Shown here: in pieces, positions 50,271-61,789 of the stretch | Position numbering within the stretch: position 1 is the stretch's first letter | How the letters are laid out: each line of letters opens with the position of its first letter | Assembly (NCBI GenBank): GCA_944391955.1 | Contig: CALXVG010000001.1 | Location: 249,916 to 313,915, forward strand | Source: an uncultured Clostridia bacterium | Lineage (GTDB): Bacteria; Bacillota; Clostridia; TANB77; CAG-508 | Direction of reading: 5' to 3' | Length of the DNA: 64,000 bases | The notes under the pieces: generated by a model | Seen by the model: only the letters and a program-made list of their open reading frames with translations | What the model was told of the DNA's origin: nothing | The model's database searches: none | Position numbers and translations under genes: made by a program

Positions 50271-50572
50271 AAAACCTCTCCTTATCAAAGTAGTATGTTT
50301 ATTATATATTTTTTTTCAAAAAAATCAACTGTCATTTTTTTTGAGTTATTTCAGCCGATTTTTTTCTCTTTACGGAACTACTCTTTACATGTTCCTATAT
50401 AGTATTTTTTGAAAATTATTACATTTTCTTTACATTTTTGTTTATATTAATTTCTTTTGCATTTTGCATTTTCTTATATTTCTTGTATTTGCTAACTCTT
50501 TAATTATACTATAAATAATTCATTTTTTCAACTAATTATGTAAAAATCTTGATTTTTTTGTCTGTTTTCTAT

Positions 50573-50603
50573 TGACTTTTATTAATAATTTTGCTATTAT
50601 AAT
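50573..50603 (+). promoter_or_regulatory. Sigma-A promoter for tRNA-Gly/Cys/Lys cluster
   Basis: TTGACT-16-TATTAT(AAT) about 45 nt upstream of the first tRNA. Confidence 0.55.
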
Positions 50604-50650
50604 ATTGCTTTTATCAAATACAGTTTTATTCTTATTTTAAACTTATATTT

Positions 50651-50724
50651 GCAGATATAGTTTAGTGGTAAAACATAACCTTGCCAAGGTTGAATCGCGG
50701 GTCCGATTCCCGCTATCTGCTCCA
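50651..50724 (+). tRNA. tRNA-Gly (anticodon GCC)
   Basis: Acceptor GCAGATA/TATCTGC, anticodon loop TTGCCAA, T-arm GCGGGTCCGATTCCCGC, encoded CCA. Confidence 0.85.
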
Positions 50725-50812
50725 TTATAATAAATTAGTTATAATGAATAATTTTTTTATTATAATTATTCATTTTTTATTTTAGCTAGCATACAATATA
50801 ATATTGAAGTAT

Positions 50813-50886
50813 GGCGACATAGCCAAGTGGTAAGGCACGAGTCTGCAAAACTCTGATTCCCCGGTTCAAATCCGGGTGTCGCCTCC
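50813..50886 (+). tRNA. tRNA-Cys (anticodon GCA)
   Basis: Acceptor GGCGACA/TGTCGCC, anticodon loop CTGCAAA, T-arm CCGGTTCAAATCCGG, CCA encoded. Confidence 0.85.
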
Positions 50887-50903
50887 AATTTTTTTTGATA
50901 CAA

Positions 50904-50979
50904 GCACCATTAGCTTAGTTGGTAGAGCAGGGCACTCTTAATGCCAAGGTCCACAGTTCGAATCTGTGATGGTGCACCA
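50904..50979 (+). tRNA. tRNA-Lys (anticodon CTT)
   Basis: Acceptor GCACCAT/ATGGTGC, anticodon loop CTCTTAA, T-arm CACAGTTCGAATCTGTG, CCA encoded. Confidence 0.75.
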
Positions 50980-51081
50980 CAAAATGCTTACGGAAGATTA
51001 ACTTTCGTAAGTTTTTTTATAAAAAAACTTATTTGTTACATAATGGAAATATAGTTAAATATCTTTATGGGAGTGGTAATA

Positions 51082-51625
51082 TTGAAAATAATGTGTATTT
51101 CTGATATTCATCGGTAATATAGCCTCTTTAAAAAAAGCTATAAATAAATTTCAAGAAGAAAAAGCAGAAAAGCTTCTTATTCTGGGAGATTTTTCTAGTT
51201 ATGGTTTCTTTTCTTCTTCTGATTTTGAAGTTGCAGAAATTTTAAATAATATGGCTGGAACCCTTATTGCCGTAAGAGGAAATTGTGACAGTTCACGAAC
51301 TGAAGAATTATTTAATTTCGCCTTACCAATTCAAAGAACAATATCAATAAATAATATTTTTATTACTTTGACACATGGCCATGTTTATAATAGAAATAAT
51401 TTGCCTGAAAATTGTGGTAAAATTTTTCTTTCCGGTCATACTCATGTTGGTTTAATAGATAAACTTAATAATAAAATTATTGCCAATCCCGGTTCTATTT
51501 CAAAACCTCGTAATGGTAGTAAAAAAAGTTATATTATTATAGATGAACAGTTTGTAATATTAAAAACATTAGATGGAGAAGTAATAAAAAAAGTTGATAT
51601 AAAACAAATCGACCATTCACTATAA
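51082..51625 (+). pseudogene. YfcE-like metallophosphoesterase (phosphodiesterase) disrupted by a 1-nt frameshift at about 51112
   Basis: Frame 1 reads (L/M)KIMCISDIH then stop (CAT CGG TAA). Deleting one C gives SDIHGNIASLKKAINKFQEEKAEKLLILGDF continuing into the 124-aa ORF with GNCDSS ... LTHGH ... SGHTH motifs. Confidence 0.7.
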
Positions 51626-51648
51626 GTGTCTGGTCGATTTGTTTTTCT
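51602..51648 (+). terminator. Intrinsic terminator overlapping the phosphodiesterase stop
   Basis: CAAATCGACC-loop-GGTCGATTTG followed by TTTTTCTG. Confidence 0.65.
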
Positions 51649-51679
51649 GTAATACAGAACATTTGCTAAAACCTATGAA

Positions 51680-52294
51680 CTATTCATTACCTCTCTCATT
51701 TGGAGTATCTGTATTTTTTATACCTTGATGGTATAAGTTGCCTAATTGGATGTTTTCTTGCCCTACAATGCAGTACACAATGTTACCGCTATGAATATTG
51801 TTTCTTCCATAGATTGCAAGTGTTTCTCCATTTTTGTAGATGCTTACATTTGCTTCTATTCCTGTATATCCTTCGCCCACATAAGCTCTGTTCTTTGAAG
51901 TAACACTAAACTTAACCATATTGTCGAAAATATAAATTTCCAAGTAATTCAGCCCATCTTCACTTTGGTAGATTATTCTGCTTTCTTGTCCTCTGTTGTA
52001 GTTTTCTTGTATTCTCATAATGTCTAACCTAACAAACAAAGGCAATCCCGCTTCATATGGTCTTGTGTCCATGTCTTCTGGAATTTCGGGAAGATGATTA
52101 ATGATGTCACTGATGTTTCGGGTAATTTCACCATCTTCCATTTTTGGCAGGTAAAAGTTAATCGTTCTGATAGCCACAAAAAGAATAATCAATGTTGCTA
52201 CCAATAAAGCAATTGCTTTTACCATTATCGTGTTGCGATTTTGGTTAAGTTTTCCTATGAAATCATGAATCCGCTCTTTAATATATTTTTTCAT
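51680..52294 (-). CDS. Hypothetical membrane-anchored protein
   Basis: Start MKKYIKERIHDF with GGAGG RBS 6 nt upstream. Single TM AIALLVATLIILFVAI; slightly GC-elevated. Confidence 0.55.
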   Translation of the reverse strand: MKKYIKERIHDFIGKLNQNRNTIMVKAIALLVATLIILFVAIRTINFYLPKMEDGEITRNISDIINHLPEIPEDMDTRPYEAGLPLFVRLDIMRIQENYNRGQESRIIYQSEDGLNYLEIYIFDNMVKFSVTSKNRAYVGEGYTGIEANVSIYKNGETLAIYGRNNIHSGNIVYCIVGQENIQLGNLYHQGIKNTDTPNERGNE

Positions 52295-52440
52295 GTTAAT
52301 CCTCCTTGCTGATAATTGATATTTGCGATTATTGTCCATAAGTTTTACCTTTGTAAAGGATACTGTACTCCTTACATCTTAAATATTAACATAATTATTA
52401 TAGCATGAAATATCGAGTTTGTGAAGTTTTACATAATTCT

Positions 52441-53025
52441 TCATTCAAAATCTTCTAACTTTTTACTAACTTCTGCTTTATTATATACAATAATTCCTTC
52501 TTCTAACTTTTCTATATCTTCTTCTGCTAAATATTGAGTTTGTATATCTGTTTCTTCTATTAATTCTTTTTCCTTACCATATTTATCTAGCTTATATACT
52601 GTTATTGTTCCATTGTTATCTTTTATGCAATAATGTTCATCACAAAAATCGTATATTTCTTTGTAAACTACTACTTCTGTATTTGTAAATTTTTGTATTT
52701 CCCACCCTATATATTCTGCTTGGAATAAGTCTTTTGTTTCGTTTACCATTTCTTCTGGTGCTTGTTTTTCTGTTTGAACTATATGATTACAGTCATTGTA
52801 ATACACTTTTTCTATTATTTTTGTGTCTGGATTTATTTTATCTTCACTGCTACTAGTTCTTTGCAATATTTCTTCTGCTTGATTTATAGCATTTTCTGCT
52901 TTGTTTGTTGTATATTCAACTTCAAATGCTAATTCTTCATTGATTTTATCTAATTTATAAAGATATGTTCCTAAGAAGAAACTTAATGCTATTGCCAAAA
53001 CTACTAATACTATATATTTTTTCAT
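52441..53025 (-). CDS. Hypothetical membrane-anchored protein
   Basis: MKKYIVLVVLAIALSFFLGTYLY signal-anchor followed by charged soluble domain. Confidence 0.55.
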   Translation of the reverse strand: MKKYIVLVVLAIALSFFLGTYLYKLDKINEELAFEVEYTTNKAENAINQAEEILQRTSSSEDKINPDTKIIEKVYYNDCNHIVQTEKQAPEEMVNETKDLFQAEYIGWEIQKFTNTEVVVYKEIYDFCDEHYCIKDNNGTITVYKLDKYGKEKELIEETDIQTQYLAEEDIEKLEEGIIVYNKAEVSKKLEDFE

Positions 53026-53056
53026 TTATATCACCAATATTATTTTAACCAGATTC

Positions 53057-55318
53057 TTACATATTCATACAATTTATTTTAATTCTTGCATTTTTATCTA
53101 CTTTTATAGTTATTTCTCCATTTATGTCTGTTCTGAAAATTTTGCTTTTAATTTTTGTTAGATTTTCAATAACACTTTCATCTGGATGCCCAAATTTATT
53201 ATTTTTTCCAACTCCAATAATTGCAATTTGTGGCATTACTGTATTTAAGAAATTTATATTTGATGATGTTTTTGCTCCATGATGTGCTACTTTTAAAATT
53301 GTTGATTTTAACATATTTTGTGAATATATTTCTAATAGCTTATTTTCTGTTTTTTCTCCTATATCTCCTGTAAATAACATACTAAAATTTTTATATTCTA
53401 ATTTAGCAACTATTGAATTTTCATTCATTGAGTTATTTGAAACTTTTGTTGTCCAAAGAATTTTTAATGTTACTTCTTTGTCTATTTTTATAGTTTGTCC
53501 CGCTTCCACTACAATTATATTTACATTTTGTCTTCTAGCAGTTCCTATTATTTTTTTAAACAATTCTGTTTCTTCTGTTTGCTTGCTGATTAATATATTA
53601 CTTACTTTTAAATTTTCAATAACTTCTATTAAATTAAAACAATGATCTGAATCAAAATGTGATATTAAAGCATAATCTATTTCTAATATTTGTCTATCTA
53701 ATAAATACTCTAGCAATGTATTTTCTTGTTCTCCTGTATCTATTAATAATGTTTTTCTGTTAGGTGTTATAACTAAACTACTATCACCTTGCCCTACATC
53801 TATGATATGTATTTTTAAATTTTGCGGAATTTGTTTTTGAATAAAATTTATAGTTAGAATTATTAGAAATGTAATTATTAGAATTCTTCGAACTTTTTTC
53901 TTTTTTAAATTTATTAAGATTAGATAATATATTAAAATATATATTAAATGAGGTGTTGGAATAATAATATTTGAAAAAGGCATATTGCCTACTATTTTAG
54001 CTGTAATTATTAATATGTTCAGTAAAAGACTGAGACCTATTGCCAGAAAACTAGCAAATTCTATTGATACTATCCCTATGATACTGGTTATATAACCATA
54101 TATCATTATTATACCTGATATCGGAACTGCAATTATATTTGATATTAAAAAAGTTAATGAAACTGTATTAAAATTTAGCATAATAATTGGTAATATTAAT
54201 ATTTGTGCTGATATTGTTATAGCCATCATTTCTGATATTTTTTTTGGAATCTTTTTTGAGATTTTATTTGAGATTGGTTTGCTAAATATAACTATTCCTA
54301 ATGTTCCTAAATATGATAATTGTAATCCTATATCATAAATTGCAAATGGATTATCAATAAAAATTATAATTAAGCTTATTGCTATTGAATTAATTATATC
54401 TGGTTTTCTATATACTAATTTTGCAGAAATCAATAATATGCCCATTGTACTTGCCCTTACCACTGATGCACTAAAACCTGTTATGAACATAAAAAATATG
54501 AGAACTAAATTGGTTATAATGTATGCTATTCTCCTTGGAATTTTACTTTTTAATAGTATATATGTTACTCCTAAAATTATATATGATATATGACTTCCTG
54601 ATATGGCTAAAATATGTGATAAACTGCTTTTGCTAAAATCTTGTGTTAATTCTTCTGGGATATTTGTTCTGTCTCCAATTAATATTCCTACTAATAATCC
54701 TTGTGTGTTTTGTGGTAATATTGCAATTGCTATTTCTTTTATTTTATTTCTTACTGTTTGTCCGCTTTTTTGTATTATATTTATTTTATTGTTTTCTATA
54801 ATTTCTATTTCTTCACTTTTTATGCTTCCATATATCTTTTTAGATTTCAAATATTGTTCATAATTGAACCCTTTATAATTTCTTGCACCTTCTGGTTTTA
54901 TAAAGTTTCCTTTTATTTTTATTAATGTTCCATATTTTAAATCTTGCTTAGTATATAATATGAATTTTTTATTATTTGTTTTTATTTCATATGATTTATA
55001 ATAATCTCCTTGTTTTGCATCACTTACAACAATTGCATTTATCTCTATTTTCTTTTCACTATATCTATAATAATTTTCATATTGGCTACCTATAATTTGA
55101 ACATAGATAATAAATACTAATATACTTGCAGACATAAGTAATATGGCTTTTTTATTTATATATTTATTTGTTTTTTTATTTTTCATAATTGCAATTATTA
55201 AGAAACTAAAAAATAGGACCATACTTATTTTAAAGTATAGCCCTATTATTATTCCTATTATCATTCCTATTATCATTCCTATTGCAATTACTAATAGCGG
55301 TCGTTCTATATTTTTCAC
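53057..55318 (-). CDS. comEC: DNA internalisation competence protein ComEC/Rec2
   Basis: N-terminal polytopic competence domain and C-terminal metallo-beta-lactamase fold HxHxDH-like LISHFDSDHCFNL ... KVAHHGAKTSS. Confidence 0.85.
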   Translation of the reverse strand: MKNIERPLLVIAIGMIIGMIIGIIIGLYFKISMVLFFSFLIIAIMKNKKTNKYINKKAILLMSASILVFIIYVQIIGSQYENYYRYSEKKIEINAIVVSDAKQGDYYKSYEIKTNNKKFILYTKQDLKYGTLIKIKGNFIKPEGARNYKGFNYEQYLKSKKIYGSIKSEEIEIIENNKINIIQKSGQTVRNKIKEIAIAILPQNTQGLLVGILIGDRTNIPEELTQDFSKSSLSHILAISGSHISYIILGVTYILLKSKIPRRIAYIITNLVLIFFMFITGFSASVVRASTMGILLISAKLVYRKPDIINSIAISLIIIFIDNPFAIYDIGLQLSYLGTLGIVIFSKPISNKISKKIPKKISEMMAITISAQILILPIIMLNFNTVSLTFLISNIIAVPISGIIMIYGYITSIIGIVSIEFASFLAIGLSLLLNILIITAKIVGNMPFSNIIIPTPHLIYILIYYLILINLKKKKVRRILIITFLIILTINFIQKQIPQNLKIHIIDVGQGDSSLVITPNRKTLLIDTGEQENTLLEYLLDRQILEIDYALISHFDSDHCFNLIEVIENLKVSNILISKQTEETELFKKIIGTARRQNVNIIVVEAGQTIKIDKEVTLKILWTTKVSNNSMNENSIVAKLEYKNFSMLFTGDIGEKTENKLLEIYSQNMLKSTILKVAHHGAKTSSNINFLNTVMPQIAIIGVGKNNKFGHPDESVIENLTKIKSKIFRTDINGEITIKVDKNARIKINCMNM

Positions 55319-55323
55319 CTCTT

Positions 55324-56217
55324 TTAGTTTGCTTGAAGTAATGTTTTTAACATGTATCCTTCATAAATTGTTCCATCTACATCTGTATATATTACCTTAT
55401 ACCATTCTCCACTTTCTGCTGTTATTTCAACATCTGTATCTCTTGTTAAAGTTGTAACTATTTCTGAAGATGTTGAAGCTTCTTTTCTAACATTTGCTGC
55501 TCCTACATTTACTACTCCTCTTGTAACTGTTGTTTCTGTTTGTGTAGGTGTTTGCTCTTCTGGCTCAGTAGGTGTTTCAACTGGTGTTTGTTCTTCCGGC
55601 TCAGTAGGTGTTTCAGCAGGTGTCTGTTCTTCTGGCTGTGTTGGTGTTTCTTCTGTTGGTTGTTCTTGTACTGGATTTTGAGTGTTTTCTGGTGCTGTTG
55701 TTCCTCCATTTATTGCATATGTTCTAACCCAACCTTCATTTATTCCATCTGTTACATAAGACCAGTTTGTAATTTCTTTTATCACTGTAACTGATGTTCC
55801 CTGTGCTATTGTTCCTATAGGTGTTGATGTTACTAGTGGCATCATATATATTTTTATTTCACTTTGTGTTTGCATATTGTTTGTATTTGTATTTTCTTGG
55901 TTTTGATTTTCTGCATCTGGATTTTCTTGTGTTTCTGTTGATGGAGTATTAATTTCCTCTACTCCTTCTACATATTCAGCAAATAAATATCCTTCTTGCC
56001 CATTATATGTAACTTTGTACCATTCTCCACTTTCTTCTATTACTTCTACTGTTGCATCATCTGGCACAGTTGTTATGGGATTACTCGTTCTTGAAGGTTC
56101 TTCTCTTAGAACTAATCCACTTGGTGCGTTAACTGTTCCTGATACTGCTAAAGTTACTGTTGTTAACATCACTATAATCATTATTATAATTATTGGCAGT
56201 TTTTTTATTTTTTCCAT
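55324..56217 (-). CDS. Secreted tandem SH3 domain protein with Pro/Glu/Thr-rich linker
   Basis: Two SH3-like segments (GEWYKVTYNGQEGYLFAEYV; GEWYKVIYTDVDGTIYEGYMLK) separated by EEQTP(A/V)ETPTEP repeats; signal peptide. Confidence 0.7.
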   Translation of the reverse strand: MEKIKKLPIIIIMIIVMLTTVTLAVSGTVNAPSGLVLREEPSRTSNPITTVPDDATVEVIEESGEWYKVTYNGQEGYLFAEYVEGVEEINTPSTETQENPDAENQNQENTNTNNMQTQSEIKIYMMPLVTSTPIGTIAQGTSVTVIKEITNWSYVTDGINEGWVRTYAINGGTTAPENTQNPVQEQPTEETPTQPEEQTPAETPTEPEEQTPVETPTEPEEQTPTQTETTVTRGVVNVGAANVRKEASTSSEIVTTLTRDTDVEITAESGEWYKVIYTDVDGTIYEGYMLKTLLQAN

Positions 56218-56266
56218 AAAAAATCGCTCCTTTATGGAGCAATTATATATATATTTATTTTATTTG

Positions 56267-57271
56267 TCAAGATGTAATTGTTTCTTTTGGTTTGTTATTT
56301 TCTATGTAATCATCTAGCATCATTTTTATTGTTGCTACAATTGGTACACCTAAGAACATTCCTAAAACTCCAAAATATGCACCTGCAATTGTTACTGAAA
56401 AGATTATTAATATTTTACTTATTTCTAATGCATCTCCAACTATTTTTGGATTTATTATGTTTGCATCTATTTGTTGTAAAATTACTAATACAACTACAAC
56501 CCAAATGGCTTGACTTAATCCACCTGTAAATATTGTAATTATCCCGGTTAAGCCAACGGCAACAATTGCACCAAAGAATGGTATTAAATTAAATATACCA
56601 ATTATAACTCCTAGTAATAATGCATAATTTACTTTCATGATTGTTAATGCAATTGTCATGATTATACTTACTAGAATTGCGTCAAGTACTTGACTTGATA
56701 CATATTTAAAAAATATTGTATTTCCATTTATGAAGTATCTATCTAATCTGTCATATGTGTCTTTTGAAAACATTGCACGACTTAGTTTCCTAAAATAATT
56801 TAATATAGCTGTTCTTTCTAATAATATATAAATTGAAATGATTATTGTAACAAATATATTAAATACTCCACTTGCTATTCCAACTGCTTTTTCTATATAC
56901 ATAGTAATATTATCTACTGTAAATATTTCTTCGAAATTTATGCCTTCTACCTTGCTAATTATATTTTTTACTGTTTCTTTGCTTATAACACTATCTTCTG
57001 GTATTTCTTCAACAAATTGTATTGCTCTATTATAATATGACGGAATGCTTCGCGCCAAACTTTCTACACTATCTTTTAATGTTGGTATAATTAAATTTAC
57101 TAAAAGTATTATAAGTATTACAACCATAATGTAAACTGTTAGTACTGATAATCCCCTTGCTCTCTTTTTTAAAAGTTTATTTCTTTTAAACAGCCCTTCT
57201 ATTTTTCTACATGGTATATATAATAAGTAAGCCATTAAAATTGCCATTATAAACGGATTTAATACTTTCAA
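56267..57271 (-). CDS. AI-2E family transporter (UPF0118/YtvI-like)
   Basis: 8-TM layout with motifs FGAIVAVGLTGIITIF and GVPIVATIKMMLD typical of the family. Confidence 0.8.
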   Translation of the reverse strand: MKVLNPFIMAILMAYLLYIPCRKIEGLFKRNKLLKKRARGLSVLTVYIMVVILIILLVNLIIPTLKDSVESLARSIPSYYNRAIQFVEEIPEDSVISKETVKNIISKVEGINFEEIFTVDNITMYIEKAVGIASGVFNIFVTIIISIYILLERTAILNYFRKLSRAMFSKDTYDRLDRYFINGNTIFFKYVSSQVLDAILVSIIMTIALTIMKVNYALLLGVIIGIFNLIPFFGAIVAVGLTGIITIFTGGLSQAIWVVVVLVILQQIDANIINPKIVGDALEISKILIIFSVTIAGAYFGVLGMFLGVPIVATIKMMLDDYIENNKPKETITS

Positions 57272-57412
57272 TAAATTTCCTAACCATACTGATATTCCTG
57301 TAAAGTTATCTAATATTTTATATATTATTACAAGAGCAACTGCAAGTGTAAACCAATAAACTCCTTTAGTTCCGCTTTTTCATTTTTTCCATTTTTTTCC
57401 TTCTTCCTTTTA

Positions 57413-58168
57413 TTATATTTCTATTTCTAATCCTACTGGACAATGATCACTACCCATAATTTTATCATATATGTATGTTTCTTTTATTTTACTATTTATT
57501 TTGTCAGATGTCAAAAAATAGTCTATTCTCCAGCCCACATTCTTTTCTCGTGCTTTTCCCATATATGACCACCATGTGTATGCGTCTTGTTTGTCTGGAT
57601 ATAATTTTCTATATGTATCTGTAAAACCTGATGATAATAATTGTGTCATTTTGCCTCTTTCTTCATCTGTAAAACCTGCATTTTTTCTATTAGTCTTTGG
57701 ATTTTTTAAATCTATTTCTTTATGTGCTACATTTAAGTCTCCACATATTATTACTGGTTTTTTATCATCTAATTTTTTTAAATATTCTTTAAAGGCATCT
57801 TCCCACTGCATGCGATATTCTAAACGTGCAAGCTCTCTTCCAGAATTTGGAGTATAACAATTTACAAAATAGAATTTTTCAAATTCAAGTGTTATTACTC
57901 TTCCTTCTTTATCATGTTCTTCTATTCCTATACCATATGTTACATTGTTTGGTTTTATTTTAGTAAATATTGCTGTTCCTGAATATCCTTTTCTTTCTGC
58001 ATAATTAAAGTATTTTTCATAATCTGGCAAATCTAATTCAATTTGTCCTTCTTGCATTTTGGTCTCTTGTATACTAAATATGTCTGCATTGATTTCTTTA
58101 AAAAATTCTAAAAAACCTTTTTTATAAATTGCTCTTAATCCATTTACATTCCATGAAACTAATTTCAT
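57413..58168 (-). CDS. xth: Exodeoxyribonuclease III
   Basis: MKLVSWNVNGLRA ... IQETK ... GDLNVAHKEIDLKNPKTNRKNAGFTDEER ... SDHCPV; AGGTGA RBS. Confidence 0.9.
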   Translation of the reverse strand: MKLVSWNVNGLRAIYKKGFLEFFKEINADIFSIQETKMQEGQIELDLPDYEKYFNYAERKGYSGTAIFTKIKPNNVTYGIGIEEHDKEGRVITLEFEKFYFVNCYTPNSGRELARLEYRMQWEDAFKEYLKKLDDKKPVIICGDLNVAHKEIDLKNPKTNRKNAGFTDEERGKMTQLLSSGFTDTYRKLYPDKQDAYTWWSYMGKAREKNVGWRIDYFLTSDKINSKIKETYIYDKIMGSDHCPVGLEIEI

Positions 58169-58279
58169 ATATTTTTCACCTGCCTTTAAGTTTACCATAA
58201 ATTAGAGTTAAAGGCAATAAATTGGCGTAAAAATAAAACAAAACCCTAGACAATCCTTTGAAAGTCTAAGGTTTTGTAT

Positions 58280-58355
<76 letters not shown>

Positions 58356-58357
58356 AT

Positions 58358-58432
58358 TGGTGACCCCGACGGGAATCGAACCCATGTCTCCGCCGTGAAA
58401 GGGCGATGTCTTAACCGCTTGACCACGGGGCC
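58358..58432 (-). tRNA. tRNA-Glu (anticodon TTC)
   Basis: Reverse complement GGCCCCGTGGTCAAGCGGTTAAGAC ... loop CTTTCAC ... GGGTTCGATTCCC ... CCA. Confidence 0.85.
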
Positions 58433-58437
58433 GTTAA

Positions 58438-58513
58438 TGGTGAGCCATCCGCGACTCGAACGCGGGACAACTTGATTAAAAGTCAAGTGCTCTACCACCT
58501 GAGCTAATGGCCC
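58438..58513 (-). tRNA. tRNA-Lys (anticodon TTT)
   Basis: Reverse complement GGGCCATTAGCTCAGGTGGTAGAGC ... loop CTTTTAA ... CGCGTTCGAGTCGCG ... CCA. Confidence 0.85.
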
Positions 58514-58564
58514 ATAATTAATTTTGAATTATAGAAGCAGTCGTTTGGAAACAACTGCTTTTCT

Positions 58565-58593
58565 ATAATACAACATTTTTTTTCGTCTGTCAA
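58565..58593 (-). promoter_or_regulatory. Sigma-A promoter (TTGACA-17-TATTAT) for the Lys-Glu-Thr tRNA operon
   Basis: Minus strand reads TTGACA-17-TATTAT. Same UP/-35 block as the tRNA-Gly promoter at 38197; leader contains hairpin GCAGTTGTTTCCAAACGACTGC. Confidence 0.7.
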
Positions 58594-58622
58594 TACTTTT
58601 TTTAAAATTTCTTAAATATTCC

Positions 58623-60239
<1,617 letters not shown>

Positions 60240-60377
60240 CTATAAACCAAAAAAAGATTTAAAAAATCGCCTCGTTTTTTGAGGTTTTTTTTAAATCTAC
60301 CTTAATAGTATAGCATTTTTTGACAGTTTCTGCAATAGTTTTTTGAAAATTTTTTAAGTAAAATGTGTATTATCCTA

Positions 60378-60410
60378 AAAATGCAAGACCACCCCAATGG
60401 GGTGGTCTCG
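60378..60410 (-). terminator. Intrinsic terminator of the GC-rich HD gene
   Basis: Palindrome GACCACCCCAATGGGGTGGTC followed on minus strand by TTGCATTTTT. Confidence 0.8.
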
Positions 60411-60416
60411 TGAGAA

Positions 60417-61655
60417 TTGGCATTATTTCATGAAGACTTCCTTAAACCGCTTCAGCCCGGCCATGGCATCTCCATTTCCACATTCTTTGAAAAATGCGTA
60501 GAATTCTTTGGAGAATTCTTCTTGCTTGATTTCTTCCACGAACTCATCGAAGAGTTCCTTGAACAGAGGTGTAATGAAAGATTTGCCAGATGCCAAATCT
60601 TCAGTTCTCCGCTGGAAAACATCTGCGTAGTACTCATCCTTGCTTCCGGCTCGGAACAGTCTCCAGCATTCCATATCGGCGGAGATATAATCTGCCCCTT
60701 TAAGGAATCTTTTGTGATGAGCGTTCTGTTCGTCTTCCATCATAACTTCTTTGACGGCTCTTACAAGGTAGTTAGGCAGAACATTATAAAAGTTCTCCTC
60801 AACTTCCTGCTGTTCATACTCCTCAGTGGCTTTCCTAAAGCCCTTAATCCTGTCCTTGACAGGAGAGGGAATATCCTTAGTCCATGTCTCTGCCACATCA
60901 TGAAAGATTCCCATAAAGAACATCTTCGTTGCAGTCAGCTCATCATCTGGATGCAGTTCCAGATGCATGAAGTAAGCACAAACTGCAGTGTCGAAAAGAT
61001 GCCTGAGAACAGGACAACCCTGATTGCGAATTCTGGTCTGCCATCTGTCCTGATACCGGAGCTTCATGAACTTTCGAATGAGCTTGAAGAGCTTCGACTC
61101 CGGATTAGAGAATTCCTTCACCCCCGGAATGTCAAAGTAGGCATTTAACGAGTTCGTGATTTCCTGCACTTTCATCATAAACTCGTCCTCAATCTTGCGT
61201 TCGTTCTCGAAGAGCTCCGCATAAGTGACAATCTTCGTTGCTGCCTTGTACAACCTATTTTCATAGGTGCCGATACCTTCACAAATAAAGGTTGCAAAAG
61301 CCTCATCGGTTTTTTCTCCAATCATCGTCTTCGTCTCTTGGTCGAAGACGTCCATGTCAATGTTGCCGAGATTGCAAATCTTCTGGAGCGTATGCTCCGG
61401 AATGTCGAAGTTCATGGAGATTTTTTGGAATCCCCTGTAAATCGCGATTTTGGGAAACCGCGTCCACTGAATGGTTTTTCCCTTGCTTTCTACATGCTTG
61501 GCAAGCAAGTATGCAGTCACACAGTTCAGAGCCTGCTTGTTCGCTTCATCGATGTTGTGGACGTTAAGCAGTCCCGTCCACCGATCCAGATAGCCAAGGC
61601 GTTCCAGCATGCTGTTAACCGCCTTCACATGTTCAAATGTCAATTTCATATTCAT
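60417..61655 (-). CDS. HD-domain metal-dependent phosphohydrolase (YfbR-like HD core in C-terminal half), GC-rich (~48%) foreign-looking gene
   Basis: H...HD...D motifs: VLRHLFDTAVCAYFMHLELHPDD and MGIFHDVAETWTKDIPSPVKD. RBS AAAGGAGGA. Codon usage (CTG, GAC, CGG) unlike host. Confidence 0.75.
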
Positions 61656-61729
61656 TTCCTCCTTTAAATTATTGTCTCTTGCTATAACCTGTTGCTATGC
61701 AAAGAGGACGTATGAATGAATATGTATAT

Positions 61730-61758
61730 ATTATATAATCTTTTTATGTTAATTTCAA
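61730..61758 (-). promoter_or_regulatory. Perfect consensus sigma-A promoter for the HD gene
   Basis: Minus strand reads TTGAAA-17-TATAAT, about 60 nt upstream of the start codon. Confidence 0.65.
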
Positions 61759-61789
61759 GTAATTTGACATTTTTTGCTATTTTAAATAA

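Noticed and set aside
60417-61667. Plus-strand ORFs of 243, 91 and 109 aa
   Set aside because: Antisense of the GC-rich HD gene. GC-rich coding regions throw long spurious antisense ORFs, and the minus-strand gene has the promoter, RBS, terminator and HD motifs.
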